This document shows, piece by piece, positions 25,270 to 44,329 of a stretch of 64,000 nucleotides of DNA. Positions within the stretch are counted from its first letter, which is position 1, and each line of letters opens with the position of its first letter. A model generated the notes under the pieces. It made no database searches and had not been told where the DNA came from. It saw nothing but the letters and a program-made list of their open reading frames with translations. The translations under genes were made by a program, and so were the position numbers. Source of the DNA: the human T2T-CHM13v2.0 reference genome, Homo sapiens; the NCBI RefSeq assembly GCF_009914755.1, contig NC_060928.1, one strand, 5' to 3'.

Positions 25270-26476
25270 CTTCCTCTCTTTGTCCTGAGCCTCCTCCTGG
25301 TCCCTATTGTAAAAGACCAAGTTTGCCACCTTCAGGAGGTCTTCTAAGGTGCTATTTGATCTTATGGACTGTTCTGTAGCTTCCTCCTGATATCAAGAGC
25401 TTCCAGAGTAATGAACTTGTCCTTCAAGATTAGCTGTTCCTCAATGAACTGGGAGATAGGGAGGTGTTTTACCAAAGCTTCTCTCAGCTTTTCCAAAAAG
25501 GCTGAGGGATTTTCATCTTGTTTCTGGTCTATCATAGATAGCTTGGAGTGATTAAGAGAATTGACCCTGGTTCTTCACAAGCCCTCCAATATACACATTT
25601 GAAAGAGTTTCCTTCTCCAATTTCTTATGCTGTCATCATGGTCCCATTTATGGTTCTCCAAGGGCATTGCTACCCTCCCAGTTGGGTAAGGCTCTTTCCC
25701 TCCTCTGGCATTGTATGAGACACAAAGTTCATCTCCAAATTTCTCTACTGCTTGTAGGGCTGTCTCTTTGTCAGCAACAGTCAGGGGTTCATTTATGAGT
25801 AACACAAAATCTTTCCAGGAGGGTTCAAATAATTGGGTTATATTCTGGAAAGCTTCTATATATTTGTCAGGATCATCTGAAAATCTACTAAGATCTCCTT
25901 TAATTTGTTTTAAGTCCTATAGAGGAAAGATAAACTGTATTTTAATATGGCCATATTCAAAAGGCATTGTTCATAAGGGCATGAATAAAGCTGGGTGCCA
26001 CCTACAATGAAGGTTCCTAGAATGGGGCAAGTTTGAAGGGGGTTTTGGAAGTCCTGGATAAGGTGGGCAGGATGGACCAAGAGAACTAGCTGTAGAAGCT
26101 TGTGCCTCTTCTGGAGGCATTTCCAAGTGTTGGTTCCCTGGTCCACTAAGACCATCTCTTTCAGTTCCTCCTGATATAACTTCTAGGAGTGCTGGGTCAG
26201 TTCTACAGCATTGACAGAGGTCTTGGTCATCCTGAAAAACAAGGAAGCTTGTACATATGAGACCTAAGAAAATGTGTCCTCACATCTACAGAAAAGGTCC
26301 AGCTCCTGAATGACATAACTAATCCTTCCCTCAGGAAGCCAGGGCTGTCTGTCTTCCAGGTGATAAGCTGGTCATAGCCTTGGGAAAAAGAATATAAGAC
26401 GTTTTCTCCTCAGAGACTGAGGGTCAAAGGAATCCCAGTGTTTCAAGAAGCAGGCTGAAGATCATTTGTTACCCAT
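25270..26476 (-). pseudogene. gag: ERV gag remnant (MA-CA), disrupted
   Basis: ATG GGT (MGNK) at 26476, then KHWDSFDPQSLRRKRLIF, DPDKYIEAFQ, PTGRVAMP, ENPSAFLEKLREAL, QLILKDKFIT and FYNRDQEE. These resemble HERV-W/9-group Gag. Confidence 0.88.
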
Positions 26477-27340
26477 GGAGAAAATGTGTCCCTTTGTCTC
26501 ATTAACTCTTTTGGAGTGACTCAGGATAGAGAGAGAGAAAAAAAAGTCATCCCCTTTCTCCTCTTTGCCTCCCTATATCCTTTAGGTCCTGTTGATCTTC
26601 GTAGATGTCATCCATGGATGCAAGCATGACCTTCACCCATGGATCCAGAGGAGCTAGTTGCAGGGGTAGACATGCTTACCTCTATGAAGCTCTAGTCCTC
26701 CGCTGTTGGTTTCTTCCCCTTTAAGCCTACTTGCCTTTCTAGATTTCCACCTTGGTGCCATGAAGAGACAGAGAATAGCTAAATTTGGGCCACAAGCCTC
26801 AGTGGAAGGGGTGTTTTAGTCTAGTTACTAAATTCTTCCCTCATGATGCAGGTCAGAAATTGGGCCAAATCAAGACATCCAAGAAAATGGAAAAGATTAA
26901 CCTCCAAACATAATTCCCCCTCTTCATTTAAGTACCATTGCAATTGGAAACAAAACAGATTTCTCAAAAGAATGAAAGGATCGGACTGTTTTCCTTCCTT
27001 CTGTGGAGACAGCATAGAAGCAAACCTCTCCCTATTTAGGCTTTCTTCTTCCTCCCTATCATGCAGTAAATTTTTCCTTTTACAAATAGGACAAAGGGCT
27101 TTGTCTCTGCTGAATGGGAGCCAATGTTCCCAAGACCTGAGGGCAATTGGGGACTGACAAAGTCCTTCCAAGCAAGCCTGTCCTCTAAGTCTTAAGTTCA
27201 GCAGCCATGTTATATGCTCTTAACTGGCCATCAGAGGCATAGTCTTTAATTTGATCTTGAAAGGAAGAAAAACTGAGGACAAAAAGCCTCAGAAATAAAA
27301 GTAAAGAAATAGAGGTCTGCTCCTGCTCACACTTCTGACA

Positions 27341-27359
27341 ATCCCTAATGAGCCCTCCA
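27341..27359 (-). promoter_or_regulatory. Primer-binding site, tRNA-Pro-like
   Basis: The minus strand reads tggagggctcattagggat just inside the 5' LTR, compared with the tRNA-Pro PBS TGGGGGCTCGTCCGGGAT. Confidence 0.7.
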
Positions 27360-27361
27360 AA

Positions 27362-27972
27362 AGTTGCTGTTTGCTTAGTCCATAGTTCAGTGAAGTTCTT
27401 GTCCTGCAACCAAGAAGAATGAGGCATGTGGATACCAGAGAGTGAGTAGGGTGGAATTTATTGAGTAAAAGGAAAGCTCTCAGCAAAGAGAAGTTGTCTG
27501 AAAGTAGGTTGCCAGAAATGGTGCTTGGTTCTACGTCTTTTATGTGGCAGAGGCCAGGAAGTCTTCTGTCGGTTTTGCCTAAATGAGAGGGGCAAAGTTC
27601 CCTCCTGGAGATTTTGCATCTGCACATGCCTGGGGTTGGCCACAGTGACCCCATGTTGGTTATTACCCATGAATGCCTAAGTGATACCCACAAGGGCACT
27701 AAAAACACAATGCTAATGTCATGCTAATGACATTATAATAAGCTGGGTTAAGGACATTTAGGTTGATTTATTCAGTCTGCATCTAAGTTGGGAGAGTCCC
27801 TTCTGAGCCACATCTTGGCACAAAGGGAAGTTCTAGACTACATTTCTTCCCATTAGCTGCAGAAGTAGTGTAGGTGCTGTCCTGTGTTTTTTCCTGTGAA
27901 AATTGCTCTTGTCTGTCCTTCTCCTGAGACCCTCCCTATCTCCTTAACCAGCCCCTAACTGCCTCCTCTCTA
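27362..27972 (-). mobile_element. 5' LTR of the HUERS-P3-like provirus
   Basis: Homologous to 22080-22708 and adjacent to the PBS. Confidence 0.85.
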
Positions 27973-28152
27973 TGAGGTTGATATTAAATTAGATCATGTC
28001 CTCTCATGAAAATGATATTAGAATAATTTTTACCCATACTGTGCTAATTATTGGTATACTCAGAAGACTCACTTTCTTATTAGAATCAATTTTCCACCAA
28101 GCCCATATACTTAAAAGGCAAGATAGATAAATGGATGATAGATAGATTGATG

Positions 28153-28668
28153 TGTTAGTGGTGGTAGTTATCTCCATAGGTGTGCAGCAATCACAATTCT
28201 TCCCTCCTCAGATGAAAAAAATGGACTGAGAGGCATATGGCTGAAGGAGAAACTGAGGGAAGTTTTAGAGCAAGAGTGAAAGTTTATTTTAAAAGCTTTA
28301 GAGCAGGAATGAAAGGGAGAAAAGGAAGGAAAGTATGCTTGTAAGAGGGCCAAGTGGGCAACTTAAGAGACAAGTATGTGATTTGATCTCTCTATCTGGG
28401 ATTTTATATGTTGGCGTACTTCCTTGGTCTTGTTTTACTTCTTCCTGCTTCTGAGATCTTATTGGGAAACTGATGATCACCATTTTTAGGTGTTTGCTAT
28501 CTATTAAGAGACTGTCTTTACCTGGCATCAGCTGTGCCAGTTATTACTTTAGAGAGGTAATCAACAACCACCTGACCATTACCTGATGGTTGCCCAACAC
28601 TCCTGGTGTGTGTTGGAGGGGAGTTCTCTCTAGCCCTGCTCATAGTTGACTAGCTACCTACCGTAACA
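28153..28668 (-). mobile_element. Solo LTR, MER66/MER83-like (ERV1)
   Basis: tgttagtgg...gactagctacctaccgtaaca termini with the block agttttagagcaagagtgaaagtttatt. TSD gatg/aatg, within a (GATA)n-like tract. Confidence 0.75.
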
Positions 28669-29196
28669 AATGGATGAATAGATTGATAGATATATGGATA
28701 AAAATAAACATATACTTCATGTAATATCACCCAAAATATTCTCCATATCTGCTTAATATTTCTCAGCAAACTTTGATAGATAAAATTGAAAATAATAAAA
28801 TTGTGAGTCATCTTGATAAATCAGATAAAAACTTTGACTAGATTAGGAAATAACTCACTGAGAGTGAGGCAAAATAGTTGTTGAAACTTTACATATACAA
28901 TATAAGTTAAAATTTTGGAAATCTGGAATATTTATATTTTTGACCATTTATATACAATATTCTTATAAAATTATTAATGAAGTCAAAATAAAACAATCTA
29001 GCATCATATAACTCAATTTTGGCGTTCTTTATAATTATCAGCTAAAGTTCTTAAAAATATAAACACTGAGTTCTCATTTATCTTATGTTATGGTAAATTA
29101 GGATTGAATAGGGCCATTCTTACATATTTATTTAGCAAACTTCTCAGATGACTATGTTGCCCACTAAAAATTGAGAAACATCATAATTAACAATGA

Positions 29197-29580
<384 letters not shown>

Positions 29581-29743
29581 TTATCATTTTAATTATTAAC
29601 ATTTTAATTATGTATTTTACTAGTTATTGGAATTTCAACATTACTCAAAGGAAGACCTCTTTCCGACATAGAAATGGCTGGTAAATATGAAAGTAGGAAT
29701 TGATATCAAAATGTATCAATAATTACATTAACCCTAAACAAAA

Positions 29744-30133
29744 TTCTATGGCTTGAATGTGAACCCCCCAAGGTTCATATTTTAAAGACTAAATCCTTGC
29801 CCCTCAAAGTTCATATATTAAAGAGTAAATCATTGGATGCAATAGTGTTGGGTGGTAGAAACTGCTAAGATGTGATTGGATCACAAGGGCAGAGCCCTCA
29901 TGAATGAATTAATATCATTATCAAAGGACAGGTTAAGTTATTACAAGAGCTCTTTGTTATAAAAAGGAGTCTACCTCTTGTTCTCTCTTTTCTGTCTTTC
30001 CACCAGGGGATGAATCTCATGCCAATGCCATGGTCTTGGGCTTCCCAGCCTCTAAAACCTAATAAACTTCTGTTAATGATAAATCACACAGTCGCTGGTA
30101 TTCTGTTATAGCAGCAGAAAATAGACTCAAACC
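29744..30133 (+). mobile_element. MST-type MaLR solo LTR (MSTB/C-like) with an internal 36-bp duplication
   Basis: ctatggcttgaatgt...cttcccagcctc...aataaacttc...ttctgttatagcagcagaaaatagact. The duplication is 29764-29799 / 29800-29835. Confidence 0.75.
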
Positions 30134-30455
30134 CAGGCAAGACCTGCCTATGAATCCCAGCACTTTATGCGTCCAAGGTGGGAAGATCACTTGAGGACAG
30201 GAGTTCAAGACCAGCCTGGGTAATATTTTAAGATAGCATCTCTACAAAAGAATTAAAAATAAAAAGTCAGCTGAGAATGGTGTCTGTTGTCCCAGCTACT
30301 CAGATGGCTGAGACAACTAGGATTGCATGAGCTCAGGAGTTCAAGGCTGCAATGAGCTAGAATCTGAGCCTAGCACTCCAGCCTGAGAGAGAATAAGACA
30401 CTGTCTTAAAAATAAATAAATAAATAACAAAAATAAAGAATATTTTAAAAAAGAA
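30134..30455 (+). mobile_element. AluJ (highly diverged)
   Basis: tcacttgaggacaggagttcaagaccagcctgg...gagctcaggagttcaaggctgca, followed by an A-rich tail. Confidence 0.85.
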
Positions 30456-30459
30456 AATA

Positions 30460-34708
<4,249 letters not shown>

Positions 34709-34873
34709 TATGATGTTAGCTGGTTATTTCGCTCGTTAGTTGATGCAGTTTCTTCCTAGCATCGATGGTCTTTACAATTTGGCATGTTTTTGCAGTGGCT
34801 GGTACTGGTTGTTCCTATCCATGTTTAGTGCTTCCTTCAGGAGCTCTTGTAGGGCAGGCCTGGTGGTGACAAA

Positions 34874-36275
<1,402 letters not shown>

Positions 36276-36671
36276 AAACTATCGCAAGGACAAAAAAACA
36301 AACACCACATGTTCTCACTCATAGGTGGGAATTGAACAATGAGAACACTTGGACACAGGAAGGGGAACATCACACACTGTGGCCTGTTGTGGGGTGGGGG
36401 GAGGGGGAGGGATAGCATTAGGAGATATACCTAAAGTCCGAGTTAATGGGTGCAGCACACCAGCATGACACATGTATACATATGTAACAAACCTGCATAT
36501 TTTGCACATGTACCTAGAACTTAAAATATAATAAAAGAAAATTTTTTAAAAAGTGTGTTGTTTTATTTCTGAATGTAAGATCGCTTATATCTTTCTAATT
36601 TCTTATTAAATCTGCTGTGGTCACAGAACAAACTTTTAATTACTTAAATCATTTTGAATTTATTAAAACAT

Positions 36672-36973
36672 GTTTGTTGTTGTTGTTGAGATGGAATCTC
36701 ACTCCATCGCTCAGGCTGGAGTGCAGTGGCCTGATCGTGCCTCACTGCAACCTCTGACTCCCAGGTTCAACCCAATTCTCCTGTCTCAGCCTCTTGATTA
36801 GCTGGAACTACAGGCGCCTGCCACCACGCCCATCTAATTTTTGTATTTTTTTTAATAGAGACAAGGTTTCACCTTGTCGGTCAGGCTGGTCTCGAACTCC
36901 AGACCTCAGGTGATCCACCCACCTCTGCCTCTCAAAGTGCTGGGAATACAGGCGTGAGCCACTACACCCTGCC
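36672..36973 (-). mobile_element. AluS (Sx/Sq-like) with (TTG)n tail
   Basis: Full antisense Alu containing cctcaggtgatccaccc. Confidence 0.88.
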
Positions 36974-39900
36974 TAGTCTTTGTTAATTTGATAGAAAGGG
37001 AAGGCGATGAAAATGGAAGCAGAAGGCAATGAAAGTATAGACGAAAGTACAGAAATTTTATTTGTCTAAGATTACATAATACAGAGTCAGAATATTGGGG
37101 TTGTTAGGAAACCCTAGTAAGTTTTTAATTAATTTTAATGAATGGAACTGTGTAAACCTCACAAATGATGAGAAATAAGAGTTTGACTTCATATTGTTGT
37201 ATTGGTCATAAAGACAAAGTTACATATAGTTTCAGATAGTTTACTGACTGCTATCAAATGTAATTTAAATGGATTTTGCATATATATTATCCATAATATG
37301 CTATGTAAAATATTTTCTTTTTTGTTATTTATGGGATTAGCTTTCCTTCACTGTCCTGTAGAAGAAAATATTATCTTTTCCTTAATATTTAATTATTGGT
37401 GGTAATATAGCTATATTAGACTTTGGTTTAGTTGATTTTCTTTTGAGATCATTTCATTTTACGTTTTATTCTCATCTCAAAACTTAATTTTCTGAACTAT
37501 TTTTTTTTCTACTGCATATTAATCTTATGTTTATGGTTACCATGGTAGAAATTTTAGCTGTGGAATTAGATATTCTACCTGAACTTTAAAAAAATTGAAT
37601 AACTTACTTATACTCATTTACCCATTTCATAACCTCCCTGTATATTGACAAGCAAGAGTATAAAAAGAGCTATGCATTTAATTTTGAATAAACATTATAT
37701 TGTGTATCCCAGGGGCTAAAATCCAGGAGGAAAATGGCTTTAAAGCAGTTTGTTTCGTATTGTACATATATGTTTTCAGGTTTCATTAAAAACATAAAAG
37801 GAGAAAAAAAGAATCAACTATTTCAATCATATTATGAGTGTATTTCCTTGAATTACATATATAATTTTTAGTGGTATTAAGTTTTGCTTCAATTCTCCGT
37901 ATACTCATATGCCTTCATTCTTTCTTAATAATATACTTAATCTATTTAAGCATTTAATATGCTTAATATATTTTATTTTATGCTTAAACTATATGTCTAT
38001 TTAGTAAAAGAATGCACCAACCTAGGTATATGACAAAATTCTATTTTCTCACTCCTTGCTTTACTATATTAGCAATATTTTTTTCTTCATGTATTAAAGA
38101 TGTCAAACATTACTGGCATGTTAAATTTTGCTACCGTGTTCCCATTCTTCTATTTCAGAAAAATGATGTATACTCTCTTCTAAAATAGTATTTTCTTATT
38201 GTTTCCATAGACAAGGCCGTGGATCATATTATGTTTTTCCATTTTTCTATGGCTAGTCAGACAGCATATAAACCCATTATGCAAATGAGTAAAAAATGTT
38301 TTATAATCAATCCAGTACATTGTGATTTATAATTCACCATTCTGTACTATAAATAAAAACTATAAGACCTGCATTTAGTCCATTTGTAAATTCAGTCAAA
38401 GACCACAAGGCTAAAAATTTAATAAGTAATGTAAGCAAAAAATAGCAGGTATGAGTTATTATGTGAAGATGGGGAGATAATAAGTTTAATTTGTCATTCA
38501 GTCACTCAAGAATCAAGTTGCACTCCTGACATTTAGGGTATAGCTTCTATAAATTTCCACAGACTCCCATCCTTTTAAATTTAAATTTAATTTAATTTAA
38601 TTTTTTGTGGGGGATGATAGCTAAAATGATTTCTTTGCCTATAAACAAAATTTTCCTGCAAATACTTGCCAGAACTCAAATATGATTTTCAGGCTATATG
38701 AGTCCCTCAAGCTGATTCTTATTTCTTTGAATTTCATTCATGGAATCATGCCTTTATTTTAAATTACACCATGTGACTTTCATTTTGGAGTCTAGGCTTC
38801 TCACTGTTTCCTAGATAAAAATATAAAATAAATAGAATCAAAATGGAAATTTTAGCTGTAACAACTCAGGAAAACTATAATAAATCATTTGGAAGTTTTA
38901 AAAATCCCTTATTTCTCTCAAATTTTTTATTCAGTAATTATGTACCCATAATCCTCATTTGTTTTGCCTAATGTTTTTCTCTGTATTGAAGTAAAACAAT
39001 TGATAAATATGTTTTTCAATAACATTTCAGAAATTCATGCAAAACTGAAAAACGATGCTCTGAAAAAAGAAAAATCATGCTCAAATAGCATGTGTGTTGT
39101 TATGTCCTTAACAACTGAAAATGAATTTTCTTCATTCAAGGAAACATCCAGCCTTTATAATCTTATTTAAAAAACACTGCAACATGCCTTTAAGTAAAAT
39201 ATTTTTTAAAAGAATGGAGGAATATAGAAACTTAATATGACAGAGTATTACAAAAAAAAGATTCTGCCGTAATTATTTTGAATCTTGGCTTACACAATAT
39301 ATGCCTGGCTGGAGTAAAGAATACATGAAACTAAACATAGTGGTAGATGCCAAGTGAAATAGTTTTTCAATTATAAGCCTTATAATATAAGCTATATTTT
39401 GCTTACTTTTAAAAAAACTAAACCATAAGCAATCTCAATGTTCTGTAATCTAAAGTTTCCTTGGAAGTTTATATCATATTGCTACTCATTTGACGTAAAA
39501 ATATTAGGGACAATTTTATATTTTCTTCTCTATACACATTACTATATTTGGTTATGTTTACATATTTGCAATTACAGTTAGAGATATTATTTAGATTTAT
39601 ATGCATTACATTTCCATATATTTACTTTGAAACAGAGGTATTTTGTTTTTTTTTTTCAACGTATCTCTTCACACACCTCTCTCTTCCCTGACATGTTCTG
39701 ACCAACTAATCTTGATAACCGTATAATTAAGCATATTCCCTCCTCACTGAAAATATAGTTAGGGGATTTCTGAGAAGGAAGATCATGGGGAATAGTTTTT
39801 GAATCTCTAAAAATATACTCACATGCAGCAACAGATCAACTAGGATGGCAAAGCAACATGCGTGCAGATGCACACACAGACACATTCCAGAAACTGTCTA

Positions 39901-40199
39901 ACAAAGTATCCCTATAATCTCCAAATATATCTTGTTGGGGGCAAACCTCCCACTAAAGCATGACTCCTAATACACCATCATGGGATTAGCAACTGCAGTA
40001 ATAGCAGAGAGAGCCCTAAAACCTGAATCTCAAAAATCTCAAAACAACCACTCACTTGCAGCAGGAGAGGCCTCTATTCTCATTGAAATCTTAAGTAAAC
40101 AGGTCAGAGGGAAAAAGAAAAATTAACTCTCCCAAGTTAAATGGAATTCAATTGAATACTTAACACCCACAGTGCATCATGGACAGAATATTTTCAAAG

Positions 40200-40560
40200 A
40201 AATTTCACACAATAAGATGCAAATTTTTTCAGTAGAATATTATATAGCAATAAAAATGACCAAACTCCTGCAACAGTAAACAGTATGCTTACAGCCCTCA
40301 GAAAAATGTCTGAGCAAATGAAATCAGACACAAAATTATATTCAATATGATCCATCCATTATAAAAAGTTTAAAAGTTGGCAAACCTAATAAATGGTGAA
40401 AGAACTTTGAAGAGCGATTTGAGTGGAGAGAATGACATGATACAGGCTTCTGAGAGGCAGATAAATAATAATTTATATCATAATCCATGGAATGGTTATG
40501 AGAATATTTTCACTATGTAAAACACCATCAAATGTACACTTATGATTTAATTAAGCTTCG
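40200..40560 (+). mobile_element. L1ME-type 3' UTR fragment
   Basis: gaatattatatagcaataaaaatgac...aaatcagacacaaaa...tgtacacttatgattt. Confidence 0.55.
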
Positions 40561-40606
40561 ATAGTTTACTTGAAAATAAATGCATGAGATGATAAAACTG
40601 AGTCAG

Positions 40607-41336
40607 TATAGGCATACTTCACTTCATTGGGCTTCATTTTATTGCGTTTTACAGATATTGCATGTTTTACCAGTTGGGGTTTATGGCAACCCTGTGTTGA
40701 TGTTGAGCAAGTCCATCGACTGCATTTGTGCAACAGCATTTGTCTCTGTGTCACATTTGGATAATTCTCACTATATTTTTAACTTTTTCATTATTGATAT
40801 CTGTTATGGTGAGCTGTGATCAGCGAGCTTTAATATTGCTATTCTAATTATTGTAATTACATTTAACCAATTTTCTTCAATACCTTTTCTTTCGCATTCA
40901 TGACTTGGCTGTTTGACACAGGAGACATAGCTTTTGACCTATCTCAGCTTTCAAGACGCCTTCCTCACTAAGCTTAATAATTTCTGAATTTTTATTTAAA
41001 ATGAGAGACATGCAATTCTTGGTTTCACTTGAACACTTAGAGGCCATTGTAGAGTTATTAATTTGCCTAATTTAAATATTGTTGTCTCTTAGGGAATAGG
41101 GAGGCCCAAGTGTAGGAAGACAGATAGAGAAACTGATGGTCAGTTAAAAAATTAGAACAAACACAACATTCATTGATTAAGTTTACCATCTTCTATGGTT
41201 GCAGCTAATGCTTTCCCAAAATAATTATAAGTGCTATTCCAGCAAACATATGAATGATAAAAAAGTGAAACAGCATTATTGCTAATATAAAGTTTCAGTG
41301 GTCTGGCTAGGAGATCAAACCAGCCACAATATCCCC
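40607..41336 (+). mobile_element. Tigger1 5' fragment with an internal inversion (~40868-41230)
   Basis: TIR-like taggcatacttc and ggcaaccctg, an antisense middle (ccttcctcactaagcttaat, ttcacttgaacacttagaggccattg), then sense resumes with gtgctattccag...gatcaaaccagccacaa. Confidence 0.85.
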
Positions 41337-41339
41337 AAT

Positions 41340-41915
41340 TAAACAATATTGATTATTCCAATTCCTGGATATATAATATGTTTCCCTTTTTTTTTTTTGA
41401 TGTCCTTTTCAATTTCTTTCATCAGTGTTTTACAGTTTTCATTATAAAGATTCTTCACTTCTTTGGTTCATTCCTATGTATTTAATTTTATGTGTGGATA
41501 TTATAAATAGGATTACTTTTCATTTTTTTACACTGTTCACTTATAGAAATGCTAGTGATTTTTATATGTTGATTTTGTATACTGAAACTTTACGGAATTT
41601 GTTTATCCATTCTAATAGTTTTCCTTTGGAGTCTTTAGGTTTTTCAAAATATAAGATCATATCATCTGCAAACAAGTGTTTTAGTTTTTTCTTTCCCATT
41701 TGGATACACTTTGTATCTTTCTCTTGTCTCATTGTTCTAACTATGACTTCCAGTACTATCTTGAATAAAAGTGGTTACAGTGGGCACCCTTTTATTGTTT
41801 CAGATCTCATTGGGAAAGCTTTCTCTTTATCCCTATTCAGTATAATACTTGCTGTGAGTCTGTCATATATGGCTTTTATTATGATAGAAGGAAGATATGT
41901 CCCTTCTAATCTATA
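41340..41915 (-). mobile_element. L1M ORF2 (RT region) fragment
   Basis: aaatataagatcatatcatctgcaaac is antisense FADDMI. Also acttccagtactatcttgaataaaagtgg. Confidence 0.85.
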
Positions 41916-41939
41916 AGATTAATAATTTCTTATTGGCAT

Positions 41940-42800
41940 GACCTAATAGGAAAGTAAACATGGACAATCAATTTATGTAAAATTTGTACTGCTAAGTAAT
42001 GGAAGAAAAAATAAAGGATTAGTATATGATGCTGGGGAAAATGCCTAAATATAAGGAGAAAATCAAAACAATAAAAACATTATTAAGTCCTTACAGACAA
42101 TACATGTATATATGTGAAATGCATGTGAATTAAGATAGTAGCCTAAATGTAAAAATAAATACAGTGAAATCTTGAAAATTATTTTTGCAACATAGATGCA
42201 CCAAGTTGCTTTATAATAATACTGTACTTGCTATGGCAAAAATAAGCCTTTTAATATAGTAGATTTATTTAATAAATAATATAATTTAGCAAATTTTGTG
42301 ATTTCTATTTATTTAAGGACACAGTAAATAGAGCTAGTGAGCATATGCCTCATACAGAAAATAATTGCAAAGTTTGAAAATGACAAAAGTGCATTATCTA
42401 AAATGTCTGAAAAAAGTCAAGTGATGTAAAGGTAACAGAGCACAACCAAATAGAGCATTGGAAACCTTTACAACAAAAGAAAAACAGCAAACTAAAAATA
42501 ATATAAAACACTGCTCAAACTAATGGGTAATCAGAGAAATGTAAGAATGCAATATCACTTATTAGGCTGAAAAATATTATAAACCACAATTAATGCTGAC
42601 TGAGAACACACAGCACATAGAGATTTCCTAGAGCACCTCCTAAAGATGTATCTTTAAAAAAAAAATTTTGCCATTTCTTTTAAGGGACATAAAGATAAAC
42701 TTTAGAGTGAAGAACGATAATAGCTGAAGGTTAAGAGGCAAGAAAGAATTTTAATAAGTAAATAGCATGTCTATTCATACATATTTAAATGAGATGCTGT
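41940..42800 (+). mobile_element. Ancient L1ME-type ORF2 3' fragment
   Basis: Highly diverged A-rich L1 text (atgatgctggggaaaa, taatcagagaaatgtaa). Confidence 0.45.
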
Positions 42801-42899
42801 ATAAAAAGATAATAATAAGTTCAATTAATTTGGAAGTTTAAAGGAAGAATTTAATTCCTGGAAAAAAGAGCATGTGAATGAAAGGAACACAATAAAATT

Positions 42900-43762
42900 A
42901 ATGGACTCCCAGCTTAGTTATATTACAATATCACCCATCTAGTTTCTCAAGCCAAAAAATTTAAAGTTTTCCTAAACCGCTCTTTTTTTTCTCATACCCA
43001 ATCCTCTACACCAGGATATTCTATTAACTCTGTCTTCAAAATATATTCAGAACTTGACCAATCTTCACTGTCTTCATTTCCAGCACCTTAGTTTTAGTCA
43101 CCATCTTTTCTGCTCTGCTTGTCTCATAATTTCTTCCTTCCTCCAATTCTATTCTCAACAGAGTCGGGAGAGTGAGTCCATTAAAATAACAGACAGATTA
43201 TGTTATGGCTCATTATTTTACTTGAGTAAAATCTGAAATCTTACAGCACAGTCTAGTTCCATGTTTGTTCTTTGGCTTTATTAGCCACTACTTTTACTCA
43301 GGTATGATTACTTCACTGCAGCAATGTCAATCACAAAAGGGCCAGGAGTGCTCCCAAATAAGGGAATTTGTATTGGCTCTTCACTCTGACTGAAAATAAT
43401 ATCCATCTGGCTCAGTACCTCTCATCTATGCCATCTGTGCACAAAAGTTGCCTTTCAATGAGGCCAAACCTAATCATGTATATAGCTTTGCAGTTGCAAT
43501 CTATCAATTCTGCCATGCCAGAAAATGTTAATCATACCCATTACCTCATTTTACCCTGTGCAATTTATCATTTTAATTTACATTTATTTATTTATTTTTT
43601 ATTTAGTTAGTTAATTATTATGCTGCTCATTTCTCATGTTTTTAAAATGCCAACTCATTGAAACCAGAATTCTTGTTCATTCTTTTCATTCATATTTCCC
43701 AGGCACAAGACCAAGGCTCAGGATATAAAAGGTGCCAATACATATTTCTTAAATGACTAAGA
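42900..43762 (+). mobile_element. L2 3' portion
   Basis: ctagtttctcaagccaaaa...gtcttcaaaatatattcagaac...tattctcaacagag..., ending ggtgccaatacatatttcttaaatgact. Confidence 0.65.
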
Positions 43763-44329
43763 TTATACTGAATAATTAACACAATTGATCTATTGTAATT
43801 ATTTTTAAAAATAAAATTAACAACTGAAAACTACAAATTCTTTTTAAGCATACTAAAGATATATAAAGTAAAAGCAAACTGGATCATTAAATAAGTTTCA
43901 TAAATTTAAATAATTGATATTAACAGATTTTGATAGATGTTAATAATGAACAATAATAAATTTGAACATAATTGTAAATTTGGAAATTTGTAAACATAAT
44001 TGTAAATACTACATAAAGCAAATAAAGTATAGCAATCAAATTGTAAAAAACCATAAGCTATGCTGAAAGAACTTTATAGTTCTGAATAGTCACATTCTAA
44101 AATATCACATGATCCAAAGAAGAAGCAATAGTCACAAATCAAATTTTAAAATAATTTGAGGTGTTCTACACAGAAAATGTACAGCCTTGAGTGATGATAT
44201 GAAAAAACTAGAAAGGCTAAAAATAAAACAATTATATTTCCTTATTAGGAAGTTAAAAGTTGTAAGAATTATAAAAAGTGGCAAATTTCATTTACAAAGG
44301 TTGTTGAACTAATAACATACATTAATTCA

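Larger units (their letters stand above)
22080..27972 (-). mobile_element. Deleted ERV1 provirus, HUERS-P3 group (tRNA-Pro PBS, HERV-W/9-related gag-pol)
   Basis: Two homologous LTRs (22080-~22708 and ~27362-27972), PBS, PPT-like tract and gag/pol/env remnants in the correct order on the minus strand. Confidence 0.88.

Noticed and set aside
36388-36415. G-quadruplex-like G tract (also at 16670-16693)
   Set aside because: This is a standard part of the L1PA 3' UTR.
41425-41916. 163-aa hydrophobic ORF resembling a membrane protein
   Set aside because: It is the antisense reading of L1 ORF2 RT (KIISSAN is the reverse frame of FADDMI).
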